Below, in pieces: positions 30,656 to 40,316 of a stretch of 64,000 nt of DNA. The position numbers and the translations under genes were made by a program. How positions within the stretch are numbered: position 1 is the stretch's first letter; every line of letters begins with the position of its first letter. Origin of the DNA: an uncultured Gemmatimonadaceae bacterium (lineage in GTDB: Bacteria > Gemmatimonadota > Gemmatimonadetes > Gemmatimonadales > Gemmatimonadaceae); NCBI GenBank assembly GCA_963740355.1, contig CAVUDW010000002.1, positions 1,696,001 through 1,760,000 on the forward strand, given 5' to 3'. The notes below the pieces were generated by a model. The model was not told the origin of the DNA, made no database searches, and worked only from the letters and a program-made list of their open reading frames with translations.

Positions 30656-31246
30656 TCACGGCGTGGGGCTGGCCGGTGGATTGAACTTATTCATCATGGC
30701 CGTGATTCCCTCACGGACCCAGCATTCGCAGGCGTCGCCGATGCGAGGCAGGGCGGCTTCCATGAACTCCGTCTCCTCGCGGCCGAACTGGCCGAGCACG
30801 AAGTCGGAGAGATTGCCGACGCTGGCGCGCGGATGAAATGGCGCGACGCCGATGCGGAGGCGGGGGTAGCCGGTGGACCCGACGTGCGCCTGAACCGACT
30901 TCAGGCCGTTATGCCCGCCAGCGCTGCCGCTGGGACGGGTGCGCATTGAGGCGAACGGCAGCGCGACCTCGTCGACGATCACGAGCAGGTCCTGCGCCGG
31001 GTCCCAACCAGGCCGGTTGAGAAATGGCTTCAGCACTTCGCCGCTGAGATTCATGTACGTCTGCGGCTTCACCAGCTTCACGACGTCGGTGCCGACCCGC
31101 GCAGTGGCCACCATCGCCTTGCCATCCTTCTTCCAGCCGTCGGTGTCCCAGCGGCGTGCGAGATGGTCGAGCACCCACCAGCCGATGTTGTGCCTGGTGC
31201 GCTCGTATTCCTTGCCGGGGTTGCCGAGGCCGAGAAAGACTTTCAT
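30656..31246 (-). CDS. pth: Peptidyl-tRNA hydrolase
   Basis: GLGNPG..Y..TRHNIG, KPQTYMNLSG, GGHNGL; start MKVFLG. Confidence 0.96.
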   Translation of the reverse strand: MKVFLGLGNPGKEYERTRHNIGWWVLDHLARRWDTDGWKKDGKAMVATARVGTDVVKLVKPQTYMNLSGEVLKPFLNRPGWDPAQDLLVIVDEVALPFASMRTRPSGSAGGHNGLKSVQAHVGSTGYPRLRIGVAPFHPRASVGNLSDFVLGQFGREETEFMEAALPRIGDACECWVREGITAMMNKFNPPASPTP

Positions 31247-31257
31247 GAGAAGAAACG

Positions 31258-31297
31258 GAAGCGGGGCGCCATGCGAATCCGCAGAGCGCCCCGCTTC
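31258..31297 (-). terminator. Hairpin between rplY and pth (attenuating terminator or mRNA stabiliser)
   Basis: 12-bp stem GAAGCGGGGCGC/GCGCCCCGCTTC followed by CGTTTCTT on the minus strand. Confidence 0.6.
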
Positions 31298-31310
31298 ACA
31301 ACAGATGGAA

Positions 31311-31958
31311 TTACTTCGCGTCGTCGGCGAGCTTCTTGGCGCGGAGCACTTCCGGCTCGGCTGCCGCAGCAGCGGCATCTGCAGCGGCGTCGGTCGCGTT
31401 GACCTTCGGTGCGGCGACCACGACCACTGAGGCATCCGGGTCGGTGAGGACCGTGACGCCGGCCGGCAACTGGATGTCGCGGACGTGGATCGAGTCACCG
31501 ATGTTGAGCGCCGAGACATCGATGTCGATGTGGTTCGGGATCGACGACGGATCGACGCTGATTTCCAGTTCGCGCATCGTCTGGTCGAGGATGCCGGCGA
31601 ACGAGCGAACGCCGACCGAGACACCGACGACGACGAGCGGGATGCTGACGGTGATCATCTCACCGGCCACCAGTTCCTGGAAGTCCACGTGCACGAGCTG
31701 CTTCTTGAACGGGTGCTTCTGGATCTCGCGGATCAGCGTGCGGGACACCTTGCCGTCGATGCTCAGTTCCACGACGGTCGAGCCAGCTGAGACGCGCTCG
31801 AGGAGGCGCTCCAGTTCGCGCGTCGGGACGGAGAGGGACATCGGCTCGCGCTTGTGGCCGTAGATGACGGCCGGCACGGAGCCAGCGCGGCGCAGCGAGC
31901 GGGCAGCGCCCTTTCCGGATTCGGAGCGAACAGTTGCAGAGAGCGTGGCAGTAGACAT
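31311..31958 (-). CDS. rplY: 50S ribosomal protein L25/Ctc (long form)
   Basis: GKGAARSLRR, PAVIYG, HVDF, plus the C-terminal Ctc domain. Confidence 0.96.
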   Translation of the reverse strand: MSTATLSATVRSESGKGAARSLRRAGSVPAVIYGHKREPMSLSVPTRELERLLERVSAGSTVVELSIDGKVSRTLIREIQKHPFKKQLVHVDFQELVAGEMITVSIPLVVVGVSVGVRSFAGILDQTMRELEISVDPSSIPNHIDIDVSALNIGDSIHVRDIQLPAGVTVLTDPDASVVVVAAPKVNATDAAADAAAAAAEPEVLRAKKLADDAK

Positions 31959-31988
31959 CGTGGAAACTCCTCGGGGACGCGCGCGGCG

Positions 31989-32939
31989 TCAGTCAAACAA
32001 CGAGCTGACCGACTGCTCGCTGTGGGTGAATCGAATGGCCTTCGACAGCAACTCGCCCACCGACAGCACGTTCAGCTGATGGGGACGACGGGACTCGGGA
32101 ATGGCGACCGAGTCGGTCACCGTCACTTCCTTGATCGGCGCATCGTCGAAGCGCTGCTTGGCAGGGCCACTCAACAATGCGTGGGTCGCGCACACGTAGA
32201 TGTCAGCTGCACCGAGCGCCTTCAGCGCGCGGGCGGCTTCCGTCATCGTGCCGGCCGTGTCGATCATGTCATCGGCGATGAGGCAATCACGCCCCTCCAC
32301 ATCACCGACCACGTTCACCACTTCGGCCACATTCGCTCGTGGGCGCCGCTTGTCGACGATCGCGAGCGATGCGTCGAGCCGCTTGGCAAAACCACGAGCC
32401 ATCTTGGCAGCACCAACATCCGGCGCCACCACCACGAGGTCCTTCAACTCCTTCTTTCGGTAGTGCGCCGTGAGGACCGGCGCCGCGTACAGATGGTCCA
32501 CCGGCACATCGAAGAAGCCTTGCAACTGATGCTGATGGAAATCGAGGCCGAGGACGCGATCCGCGCCCGCTGCCTGGATCATGTTCGCCATCAACTTGGC
32601 TGCGATGGCCACACGCGGCTGGTCCTTGCGGTCCTGTCGCGCATAGCCGAAGTACGGCAACACACAGGTGATGCGATGCGCACTGGCGCGGCGTGCCGCG
32701 TCGATGAGCAACAGCATCTCGAGAATGTTGTCTGCCGGTGGATTCGTCGACTGGATGATGAAGAGATCCGACCCGCGGATATTCTCATCGATCCGGACGA
32801 AGATCTCACCGTCGCTGAAGCGGGTCGCCGTGGTCTTGGCGAGTTCGACGCCAAGATGGCGAGCGACCTCGTCGGCCAGCGCCTGATTGGCGGTCCCGGA
32901 AATGATCTTGGCGCCAGGCGCCAGCGGCAGTGTGTCCAT
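31989..32939 (-). CDS. prs: Ribose-phosphate pyrophosphokinase
   Basis: FSDGE, PYFGYARQDRK, APDVG, DDMIDTAGT. Confidence 0.97.
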   Translation of the reverse strand: MDTLPLAPGAKIISGTANQALADEVARHLGVELAKTTATRFSDGEIFVRIDENIRGSDLFIIQSTNPPADNILEMLLLIDAARRASAHRITCVLPYFGYARQDRKDQPRVAIAAKLMANMIQAAGADRVLGLDFHQHQLQGFFDVPVDHLYAAPVLTAHYRKKELKDLVVVAPDVGAAKMARGFAKRLDASLAIVDKRRPRANVAEVVNVVGDVEGRDCLIADDMIDTAGTMTEAARALKALGAADIYVCATHALLSGPAKQRFDDAPIKEVTVTDSVAIPESRRPHQLNVLSVGELLSKAIRFTHSEQSVSSLFD

Positions 32940-32950
32940 ATGGCAGAGCC

Positions 32951-34351
32951 TCAGAAGCTACCGGTAGAGGGGCGGTCGTTCAAGTCCGCAGACGGGTCCG
33001 GCGGCAATTGCCCGGCTCCGCGGTCGGCCCTCTCGACGAGAACGGCCACCAGTCCGGCGGCCGCGCTGGTTATCAGGATGTCGGTCACGTCGGGATATCG
33101 GCCGGGCACGAGAAACTGTCCCGCCTCGAGAATCGCGGCGTAGAGCACGGCAGTTCGAACCCCTGGCCAGGGCTCGCCCATCCGCGTCCGGGCCGCCAGG
33201 CAAGCGCCAAGCGCCGCACCAAGCCCGGCCTTTTCCAACACAATGAATACGCTCGAGAGGTCCTGGCGCTGAAACAGGGACATCATCGGCACCAGCTGCC
33301 GCCACCCGAAGGGGGCCGCGCCGCCCTTGGGGATGGCCCACGACGCCGGACTCCAGGCCATCAGCGCACCGATGCCGGCGACCAGAACGCCCAACTGCGT
33401 GGCGCGGGTGCTGCGCGCCGTGACCGCGGTTCTCCATGGACGAAGGCCGATCAGGCCGAGCACGAGGCCAAGCACCGCCGACGCTCCCTGCAGCTGCCAG
33501 GTGATGACTTCCCGCTGGAGGCCTGCCATGTCGCGGGCGGCGTGGATCCCCACCAGTAGCGCCGGCACGATGAGGAGCCAGGCCAGCAGTTGATTGCGCC
33601 GCACCCGACCGGTGCGGTCACTGATCGCGATCGTCAGCACGAGGCCGACGAGAAGCCAGATCGCGGCATCGGTCACCAGCGCGGGCCATGGGACGACGAT
33701 GGCCGGCGCACTCATCACCTGCCGCGCGCGCTCGATGGGCGAGGGCGACCACCCGATCGCCATCGTGGCGCGACTCGACGGCGCGAAGGCGAGCCCGAGG
33801 GCCGTCATCAGGAGGGCGCTGCCCGGCAGCCAGCCCGGAATTCCGATCATCGTGCCGCGCCGCATGTCCAGCGTCGCGCGACGTTCCACGAGCCAGAGTG
33901 TGCAGGCGCCGATCAGTGAGCCAAGCGTATTCGTGGCGACATCGGCGATGCTGGCCATGCGGTACTGGCTGAACACCTGTGCCGATTCGACGGTGATGCT
34001 GGCCGCCATGCCCCACAGCGTGGCAATGACGACGTCGCGTCGCGTGGTTGGCGCCGGCGAGGTGAGCACCCAGGTGGCGCCCCAGCCGAGGAAGAGCGCG
34101 ACGTTGCGCGCCGCATCCACGACGTCGCGAAAGCTGAGCGAGGGATCGAGGGCGCGCCGCAGGCGGAACACCGCGTTCACCAGCGAAGTGTCGAAGCCCA
34201 GGTGCAACAGCGTCGCGATGCCGATGCAGAGCAGGTACGCAATACGCAACGTGGTTGCGTACCGCAGCGCGACGGCCGAGAGGTCGATGCCCTTGCGCGG
34301 TGCCCGCTGTGCGGGCGTGTCGGTCGTGCGCCGGATGTCGCGCTCGGTCAA
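32951..34351 (-). CDS. Polytopic membrane protein with two VanZ-like domains
   Basis: About 12 hydrophobic segments; NVALF..G, ESAQVF...R.ASIAD...N and EAGQFLVPGRYPDVTD VanZ-type motifs. Confidence 0.7.
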   Translation of the reverse strand: MTERDIRRTTDTPAQRAPRKGIDLSAVALRYATTLRIAYLLCIGIATLLHLGFDTSLVNAVFRLRRALDPSLSFRDVVDAARNVALFLGWGATWVLTSPAPTTRRDVVIATLWGMAASITVESAQVFSQYRMASIADVATNTLGSLIGACTLWLVERRATLDMRRGTMIGIPGWLPGSALLMTALGLAFAPSSRATMAIGWSPSPIERARQVMSAPAIVVPWPALVTDAAIWLLVGLVLTIAISDRTGRVRRNQLLAWLLIVPALLVGIHAARDMAGLQREVITWQLQGASAVLGLVLGLIGLRPWRTAVTARSTRATQLGVLVAGIGALMAWSPASWAIPKGGAAPFGWRQLVPMMSLFQRQDLSSVFIVLEKAGLGAALGACLAARTRMGEPWPGVRTAVLYAAILEAGQFLVPGRYPDVTDILITSAAAGLVAVLVERADRGAGQLPPDPSADLNDRPSTGSF

Positions 34352-34370
34352 GTGTGATGCAGTTGCGGAG

Positions 34371-34441
34371 TTCCCCGACGTGGATTCGAACCACGATTCA
34401 CGGCTCCAAAGGCCGCTGTCCTGCCATTAGACGATCGGGGA
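34371..34441 (-). tRNA. tRNA-Gln(TTG), CCA not encoded
   Basis: Cloverleaf: acceptor TCCCCGA/TCGGGGA, anticodon arm GCGGC-CTTTGGA-GCCGT, T-loop TTCGAAT; conserved ispE-tRNA-Gln-prs context. Confidence 0.95.
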
Positions 34442-34453
34442 ATGTACCGAAGG

Positions 34454-35398
34454 CTAACGGGGGCCCGATGGCGTGGACAAGATTGTGACGGGAGGAACTG
34501 TCTCCAGCGTGACCGCGAGATCCAGTTTCACGCTGCCATCCGCAGGCCAGTGACGTGCCGCTTCATGGAACTCGTCGGCGTGCATGTTGGTGATTGCGAA
34601 GACCGTGGCCCCCGACCCGGACATGCGCACCAGCGAGTTCGGGGCGACGGCCGACATCGCGGCGTGTACCGCCGCGATGTCAGGACGCATGGCGAACACC
34701 GGCACCTCGAAGTCGTTTCGTGCGTGGCGCTGGAAGTCGGCCCATGAGCCCAGCATGTGGAGATCCCGCAAACCACTGCCGAGCGGCGGAATGCGTCCGT
34801 CAGCACGGGCGGCGGCCAGTTCTCGGTAGGCCATGGCGGTATTCACACCATCACGAAACGATGCGTAGCGAACAAAGCGCTGTGGCAGCGCCTCGAGGGC
34901 AAGGAGTCGCTCGCCGCGACCCCACGCCAGCGCACGCACACACTCGGTGGTGAGAAACGGCACATCGGCACCCAATGTCGCGGCCACGGTGAGCAGCGCA
35001 TCGGTTGTCAGCGGGGTCGGGTTGAGTGCGTTCAGCGCGCGCAACACCGCGCCGGCGTCGGCACTGCCGCCCCCCAGTCCGGCGCCGGTGGGAATCCGCT
35101 TGGTGAGTGTGATGACGATCGCACGATCAACCTTCGGCCAGGAGGCGGCGTGACGGTACATCGCTGCCGCGCGCCAGGCGAGGTTCTGCTCTTCCGGAAC
35201 GCCGAGATCCTTGTCACACGTCAGCGTGATCCCGCCACCCGACGTGATGCGAAGATCGATGTGGTCGGAGAGTGCGATGCGCTGGAACACCGTCTCCAGC
35301 TGGTGATACCCGTTCTCTTCGCGCGCGATGATCCGGAGGTCGAGATTGATCTTGGCCCACGCCGACACCTGCGCGATGAGCACCGGACGTTCAGGCAT
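34454..35398 (-). CDS. ispE: 4-diphosphocytidyl-2-C-methyl-D-erythritol kinase
   Basis: AKINL, GYHQL, KRIP.GAGLGGGSADA, LGADVPF, MSGSG. Confidence 0.95.
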   Translation of the reverse strand: MPERPVLIAQVSAWAKINLDLRIIAREENGYHQLETVFQRIALSDHIDLRITSGGGITLTCDKDLGVPEEQNLAWRAAAMYRHAASWPKVDRAIVITLTKRIPTGAGLGGGSADAGAVLRALNALNPTPLTTDALLTVAATLGADVPFLTTECVRALAWGRGERLLALEALPQRFVRYASFRDGVNTAMAYRELAAARADGRIPPLGSGLRDLHMLGSWADFQRHARNDFEVPVFAMRPDIAAVHAAMSAVAPNSLVRMSGSGATVFAITNMHADEFHEAARHWPADGSVKLDLAVTLETVPPVTILSTPSGPR

Positions 35399-36422
35399 CG
35401 GCGGCGGCGGGCTGCTGTGCGGTGGCGCGCAATTCGCGGAGCGACAACCCGAGGCGCGAGAAGTAGAACGCGCCGAGCGCCGTCACCGGAATGAACGAGA
35501 GCAGGTGGAATCCGACGGCCCAGGTGACGGCCAGCGTCACCGGCACGCCGTAGATCTGCAAGCCGGTCTTCGCGAAGGCCTCGAACACACCGAAGAACCC
35601 TGGCGACGATGGAATCGCGACACCGATCGCGATCAAACCCTGGAGGAACAACGCGGCCGTGAACGGCGCAGTAATTCCGACGGCGCGAAAGGCGATCCAG
35701 AAGGCCAGGGCGTTGGTCAGCCAATGCAGGACCGTCCAGAACACCACACGCGCGAATCGCGAAGGACTCCGAAGCACGGCGAATCCTGCGGTGACGTGTT
35801 CCGCGATACCGACCACGCGTGATTCCCACTTCGGTACAATCGCACGGCAGACAGCGCTGGCGAAGGCGATCATCATCGCAGGCCGGAATGCCACCATCAC
35901 GGCACCGAGGAAGACCACCAGCAGTGCCGCGATGCCCCACGTGCCCACGAGGGCAGTCGCGGGCCGGCCGGCGATGGTGGCACCAGCGGGAAATCCCGGT
36001 GCAAGCATGGCACCGAACATCAACGCAAACACGATCAGGGCGTCGAAGACGCGATCGAGCGCGATCGAGGCCAGCGCGCTGGTGAATGACACCTCTCGTG
36101 TTTCACGCGAAACGGCATACGCTCGCGCCAGTTCACCGGCGCGCGCGGGCAGCACGTTGTTGATCATCATGCCGATCGCCACCGCGCGCCACGCATCCAT
36201 GAAGCGCAGCTTGGGCGCGATCGGCTCGAGCAGCACCACCCACCGCACGGCGCGCAGGGGAAAGATCGCGGTCGCCACCACGGCGGCCAGCAGCAGCAGG
36301 CCCACGTTCGCCTGGCGCAGCTGGTCCATCAGCACGGCGGGTTGCACGTCGCGCAGCGTCCAGCCCAGCAACAGCAGCGTGAGGACGGCACCGATCAATG
36401 TCTGCCAGCGTGCGCGGGTCAT
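35391..36422 (-). CDS. Lysylphosphatidylglycerol synthase TM-region (flippase-like, UPF0104) protein
   Basis: RW, NNVLPARAGELAR, DRVFD, PSSPG..GVFE; many TM helices. Confidence 0.85.
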   Translation of the reverse strand: MTRARWQTLIGAVLTLLLLGWTLRDVQPAVLMDQLRQANVGLLLLAAVVATAIFPLRAVRWVVLLEPIAPKLRFMDAWRAVAIGMMINNVLPARAGELARAYAVSRETREVSFTSALASIALDRVFDALIVFALMFGAMLAPGFPAGATIAGRPATALVGTWGIAALLVVFLGAVMVAFRPAMMIAFASAVCRAIVPKWESRVVGIAEHVTAGFAVLRSPSRFARVVFWTVLHWLTNALAFWIAFRAVGITAPFTAALFLQGLIAIGVAIPSSPGFFGVFEAFAKTGLQIYGVPVTLAVTWAVGFHLLSFIPVTALGAFYFSRLGLSLRELRATAQQPAAADA

Positions 36423-36435
36423 GCGCGAAGACCGT

Positions 36436-37893
36436 TCAGGTCGCGCTCCCTGCGAGTTCGACGAGGTCGAACAGCTCGCCGATCAGCGCCGCATCGTGCA
36501 CATCGCCGGCACTGCGCAGTTGGCCGACGATGTGCCGCGCGCGCGACAACGCTCGCGGTCCGCGATAGAGCAGGGTGTCGATCGGCACCACATCGGGCTC
36601 GCCATCGGGCGAGGTGGATGCGGTTGCCTTGCCTTCGGGAATCACGATCAGGTCGAGCGGCGTGGCGTCCAGCTCGCGCACCTTTTCGAGGCTGTTGCGG
36701 AGCAGGGAGCTGAGCTCACGCCCACTCGGTGCCGGCGGCGTGGGACGTGCGACCGTCGGCGTGGGAATGATCGATGCCACCAACGGCGTGTTGCGGCGCG
36801 GCGTGAACGAGCCGCTGGGACGCGACACACTTTCCGATTGCGCGGTGCTGCTGAGTGGCGTCGACGCAAACACCACGCGTCGCAGCTCGGCGAGGCGCTG
36901 CGCGCGGAGGTGCGGCGCGAGGTCGGGCTGCAGGATGACCGTGAGGGCGGTATCCAGCGCGCCAGCGGCGGCGGCCGGCAACGGGGCCTGTGCCGTCAGG
37001 ACCGCGTCACAGAATGCCCGGATGTCCTCGTGCTGGTAGCTGGCGGCGGTATCGCGCAACGACATCAGTACAGGACGGAAAGCGGCCACCATGTCGGCAC
37101 TCGCCTCCTGCATTGCGCCCTGACGCAATGGTGCGAGCCGTGCCCTCAGCGAGCCGATCAGCGGCGACACATCAGCGGTGAACCGCTGGGCGAAGGTGAT
37201 GGCAGGATTGGGCGCGCGGTACACCACGGCGTCGAGGTCGTTGCTCGGCGCGAGTGACGCGATGGGGACGATGGGCATTGTTGCGTCGGACATGGCGGTC
37301 ATTCCACGAACCGGACTGACCGCCGTAGCGGACTCGACTGAGCGCATCGCCACCGGCGTCGGTGGCACGGGCGAACTCATTGGAGTGGGGAGTGCGGGCG
37401 CATTGGCGCGGTGATCGATCGAATCAAAAAACGCCGTCACCGCTGGATTCGGCTCAGCGACGATTGCGGGCGATGGCGCCGGTGTGCCGGCACCGCTCTG
37501 CATCAGTTCGCCGTGCTTCTCCACGGCGTCGAGCACCGAGGCCAGCTTGCCGCCGGCCGTTCGCGCCCGTTCGTCGTGGTGTTCGCCCCAGAGGCGCGCC
37601 ATCGGGATCAGCGCGCGCAACTCGTTGACGGAGTCCGAGATCGAAAGGCCGAGCCCGGCAGTCCAGGCGATCCGGCCCTCATTGAGGAGGCGCGCCGCGC
37701 GTTCGAGGCCCGAGGCCGCGTCGGCGAACGTACCGAGCCGGGCCATGACGGCGCTGCCCCGAAGCCCCCGCGCCAGCTTCAGCAGCGTGGCGGAGTCCGG
37801 GCCCTGCGGGTCGTCGCTGGCCACCAGACGCTGGAGCCGGTCGACGTAGTCGCTGGCTTCGAGCACGAAAAAATCGAGCAGGCCGACAGACAT
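36436..37893 (-). CDS. Hpt-like domain protein lacking the phospho-acceptor His
   Basis: N-terminal FFVLEASDYV...LARGLRGSAVMA aligns with Hpt H-x-LKGSA but has Arg at the His position; Pro-rich linkers. Confidence 0.65.
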   Translation of the reverse strand: MSVGLLDFFVLEASDYVDRLQRLVASDDPQGPDSATLLKLARGLRGSAVMARLGTFADAASGLERAARLLNEGRIAWTAGLGLSISDSVNELRALIPMARLWGEHHDERARTAGGKLASVLDAVEKHGELMQSGAGTPAPSPAIVAEPNPAVTAFFDSIDHRANAPALPTPMSSPVPPTPVAMRSVESATAVSPVRGMTAMSDATMPIVPIASLAPSNDLDAVVYRAPNPAITFAQRFTADVSPLIGSLRARLAPLRQGAMQEASADMVAAFRPVLMSLRDTAASYQHEDIRAFCDAVLTAQAPLPAAAAGALDTALTVILQPDLAPHLRAQRLAELRRVVFASTPLSSTAQSESVSRPSGSFTPRRNTPLVASIIPTPTVARPTPPAPSGRELSSLLRNSLEKVRELDATPLDLIVIPEGKATASTSPDGEPDVVPIDTLLYRGPRALSRARHIVGQLRSAGDVHDAALIGELFDLVELAGSAT

Positions 37894-38045
37894 GGGCGCG
37901 GGAAAGGGTGGCTGGCGATCGAGGCTCGACGACCTGCGCGTCGTACAAGCTACATGACGTGGGAGGCTCGCTCCATTGCTACGCTCGTGAGCCGCACCTC
38001 TCGAGCGTCAGCGGTCGCCGCCCACGTGGTGTGAGCCAAGTGTCG

Positions 38046-38819
38046 TCAGTATGTCTGGCGGGCCGCATTCATCACCGCCCGCAACTCGTGGATTGCCCCC
38101 GCGATGCCGATCAGCACACTGCGGCCGATGAGTGAATGGCCGATGTTCAGCTCCTCGATCGCTTCGATGGCGGCCACCGGCGCCACGTTGCTCACGGAAA
38201 GGCCGTGGCCGGCATGCACGAACAGCCCGACCCGCACGCCTTCGTCGGCCGCTGCTGCCAGCGCGCGGAGAGGAGCAGGGTCGCCCGGATGGTGCGCATA
38301 CTGGCCCGTGTGCAGCTCGATCGCCGCGGCCCCCAGCTCCCTCGACGCCCGAACGACGTCCAGATCAGGATCGATGAAGAGGGCGGTTCGTATCCCCGCG
38401 ACATTCAGCGCGTCCAGTGTACGACGCAGTGCGACGGGGTCGCGCCGGACATCGAGGCCGCCCTCCGTGGTGACCTCGGCTCGCCGTTCGGGGACGATCG
38501 TCACCTGCTGGGGGCGAAGGCGCAGGGCGATGGCCAACATCTCGTCGGTGCACGCCATCTCGAGATTGAGGTAGGAACGGACCGTGCGGGACAGGGTCTC
38601 CACATCAGCATCCTGGATGTGCCGCCGATCTTCTCGCAGATGGACCGTGATACCGTCGGCTCCAGCGTCTTCGCACCACCGGGCGGCTTCGACGGGATCG
38701 GGTGTCGTCCCGCGCCTCGCCTGCCGCAGGGTGGCAACGTGGTCGATGTTTACATAGAGCCGCTGATACCGGGCGGTGCGTGGTGGGGTCCCGTGACCCG
38801 GATTACCTTCGCTCGACAT
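38046..38819 (-). CDS. pdxJ: Pyridoxine 5'-phosphate synthase
   Basis: VNIDHVATLRQAR, HLREDRRHI, TTEGGLD, HAGHGL, ELNIGH. Confidence 0.96.
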   Translation of the reverse strand: MSSEGNPGHGTPPRTARYQRLYVNIDHVATLRQARRGTTPDPVEAARWCEDAGADGITVHLREDRRHIQDADVETLSRTVRSYLNLEMACTDEMLAIALRLRPQQVTIVPERRAEVTTEGGLDVRRDPVALRRTLDALNVAGIRTALFIDPDLDVVRASRELGAAAIELHTGQYAHHPGDPAPLRALAAAADEGVRVGLFVHAGHGLSVSNVAPVAAIEAIEELNIGHSLIGRSVLIGIAGAIHELRAVMNAARQTY

Positions 38820-38850
38820 GTCTAATCGGACTCATGGAGTGGAAAACGTG

Positions 38851-39306
38851 ATGCGACGGACCGTAGTGGCGTTCCTGCTGGTGCTCGGTGCTTGCAAATC
38901 AGGCGGTTCCAGTGCCCCTGTCGGCGTTGCCGGCGCCGTCGGCCCCAAGCAGGCGGCCGAGCAGTTCCTGGCGTCGATCCGAGCCGAGGATGTGCAGGCG
39001 ACCTCGATCATCTGGGGCAGCTCGAAGGGGCCCGCCCGTGAGCTGATCACGGACCGCGGCGTCCTCGAAAAGCGGATCCTGGTCATGCAATGCAACCTGA
39101 ATCACGACAGCTACCGCATCCTCGGCGATGTGCCGGGTGAGGGAATGAAGCGAAACCTGAAGATCGAACTGCGCCGCGGTGGGTTGACCGCCCAGACGAC
39201 GATGGTCGCGACGCCAGGCCCGAAGCAGCGCTGGTTCATCGAGAACACCGACCTGGCGCCGATGCGTGGCTTCTGCTCCAACCAGCCGCAGGAACAGCGG
39301 CGCTGA
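38851..39306 (+). CDS. Hypothetical lipoprotein
   Basis: MRR..LLVLGAC lipobox; fills the gap between pdxJ and mce. Confidence 0.7.
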   Translation: MRRTVVAFLLVLGACKSGGSSAPVGVAGAVGPKQAAEQFLASIRAEDVQATSIIWGSSKGPARELITDRGVLEKRILVMQCNLNHDSYRILGDVPGEGMKRNLKIELRRGGLTAQTTMVATPGPKQRWFIENTDLAPMRGFCSNQPQEQRR

Positions 39307-39352
39307 GGAGCGGTCCAGTACGGTCGGCCCGCCGGTCGGACGGAACTCTACG

Positions 39353-39763
39353 CTAGTATTCGGATAGTTCTACAAGGACGCCCGCAGTACTTGCCGGGTG
39401 CAGGAAGGCGATCCGCTTGCCTTCTGCGCCCAGCCGAGGAGTTTCATCGATGACCCGTACGCCCAACGCCTTGCAGCGGGCCAGCGTGCCGTCGATGTCG
39501 TCAACGTTGAAGCAGATGTGGTGAATGCCGGGGCCCCGCTTGGCGATGAACTTGCCGACCGGGGTATCAGGATGACGGGCTTCGAGCAGTTCGATCAATG
39601 ATTCCCCGGCCGCGAGGCCGGCGATGCGCGCACCATCGGCGTCATCGAGGGGCACCTCGGGCATCCCGAGGATGTCGCGGTAGAATGGAAGAATTTGGTC
39701 GAGTGCGGTGACGGCGAGACCAATGTGGGCGATGCGGGTGCCGCGTGGTGCGGTATCTGTCAT
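39353..39763 (-). CDS. mce: Methylmalonyl-CoA epimerase (VOC family)
   Basis: IAHIGLAV, IELLE, GPGIHHI, GAEG...AFLHP....GVLVEL. Confidence 0.88.
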   Translation of the reverse strand: MTDTAPRGTRIAHIGLAVTALDQILPFYRDILGMPEVPLDDADGARIAGLAAGESLIELLEARHPDTPVGKFIAKRGPGIHHICFNVDDIDGTLARCKALGVRVIDETPRLGAEGKRIAFLHPASTAGVLVELSEY

Positions 39764-39822
39764 GATGGGAAGAACTCTAGCGGGGCGGACGTGAAATCGG
39801 CCGCCCACGACAGGTGAGAGAC

Positions 39823-40146
39823 ATGGCGAACGTGACTGCCGTCACTGACGGCGATTTTCAGAACGAAGTGCTGGATCACAAGGGACTGGCCGTCGTTGAT
39901 TTCTGGGCGACGTGGTGTGGCCCGTGCCGCATGGTGGCGCCGATCCTCGATCAGCTGGCCACGGAGTATGCGGGCAAGGTGAAGATCACCAAGCTCGATG
40001 TCGATGCCAACCAGAAGACTGCTGCGAGTTTCAACGTCCGCTCCATTCCGACGTTGTTGTTCGTGAAGGATGGCAAGGTGGTGGAGCAGGTGGTTGGTGC
40101 GCTGCCGAAGGCGCAGCTGCAGACCTACTTCGAGAAGCACGTCTGA
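39823..40146 (+). CDS. trxA: Thioredoxin
   Basis: VDFWATWCGPC, SIPTL. Confidence 0.96.
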   Translation: MANVTAVTDGDFQNEVLDHKGLAVVDFWATWCGPCRMVAPILDQLATEYAGKVKITKLDVDANQKTAASFNVRSIPTLLFVKDGKVVEQVVGALPKAQLQTYFEKHV

Positions 40147-40316
40147 ACTGATGGAATCCCCGCGCCGGCCCGTCCGGTGCGTTGACTGTTGAAGGGGTGC
40201 ACGAAGGTGTGCACCCCTTCGTCGTTGCTGGCACTTGGATTTTCGGAGCCGCACTTGGTGCTGGAGTCGATTTTCCGGTGTCGCTCGTGGCGGGCTTCGC
40301 GCATCTTCCGGATACC

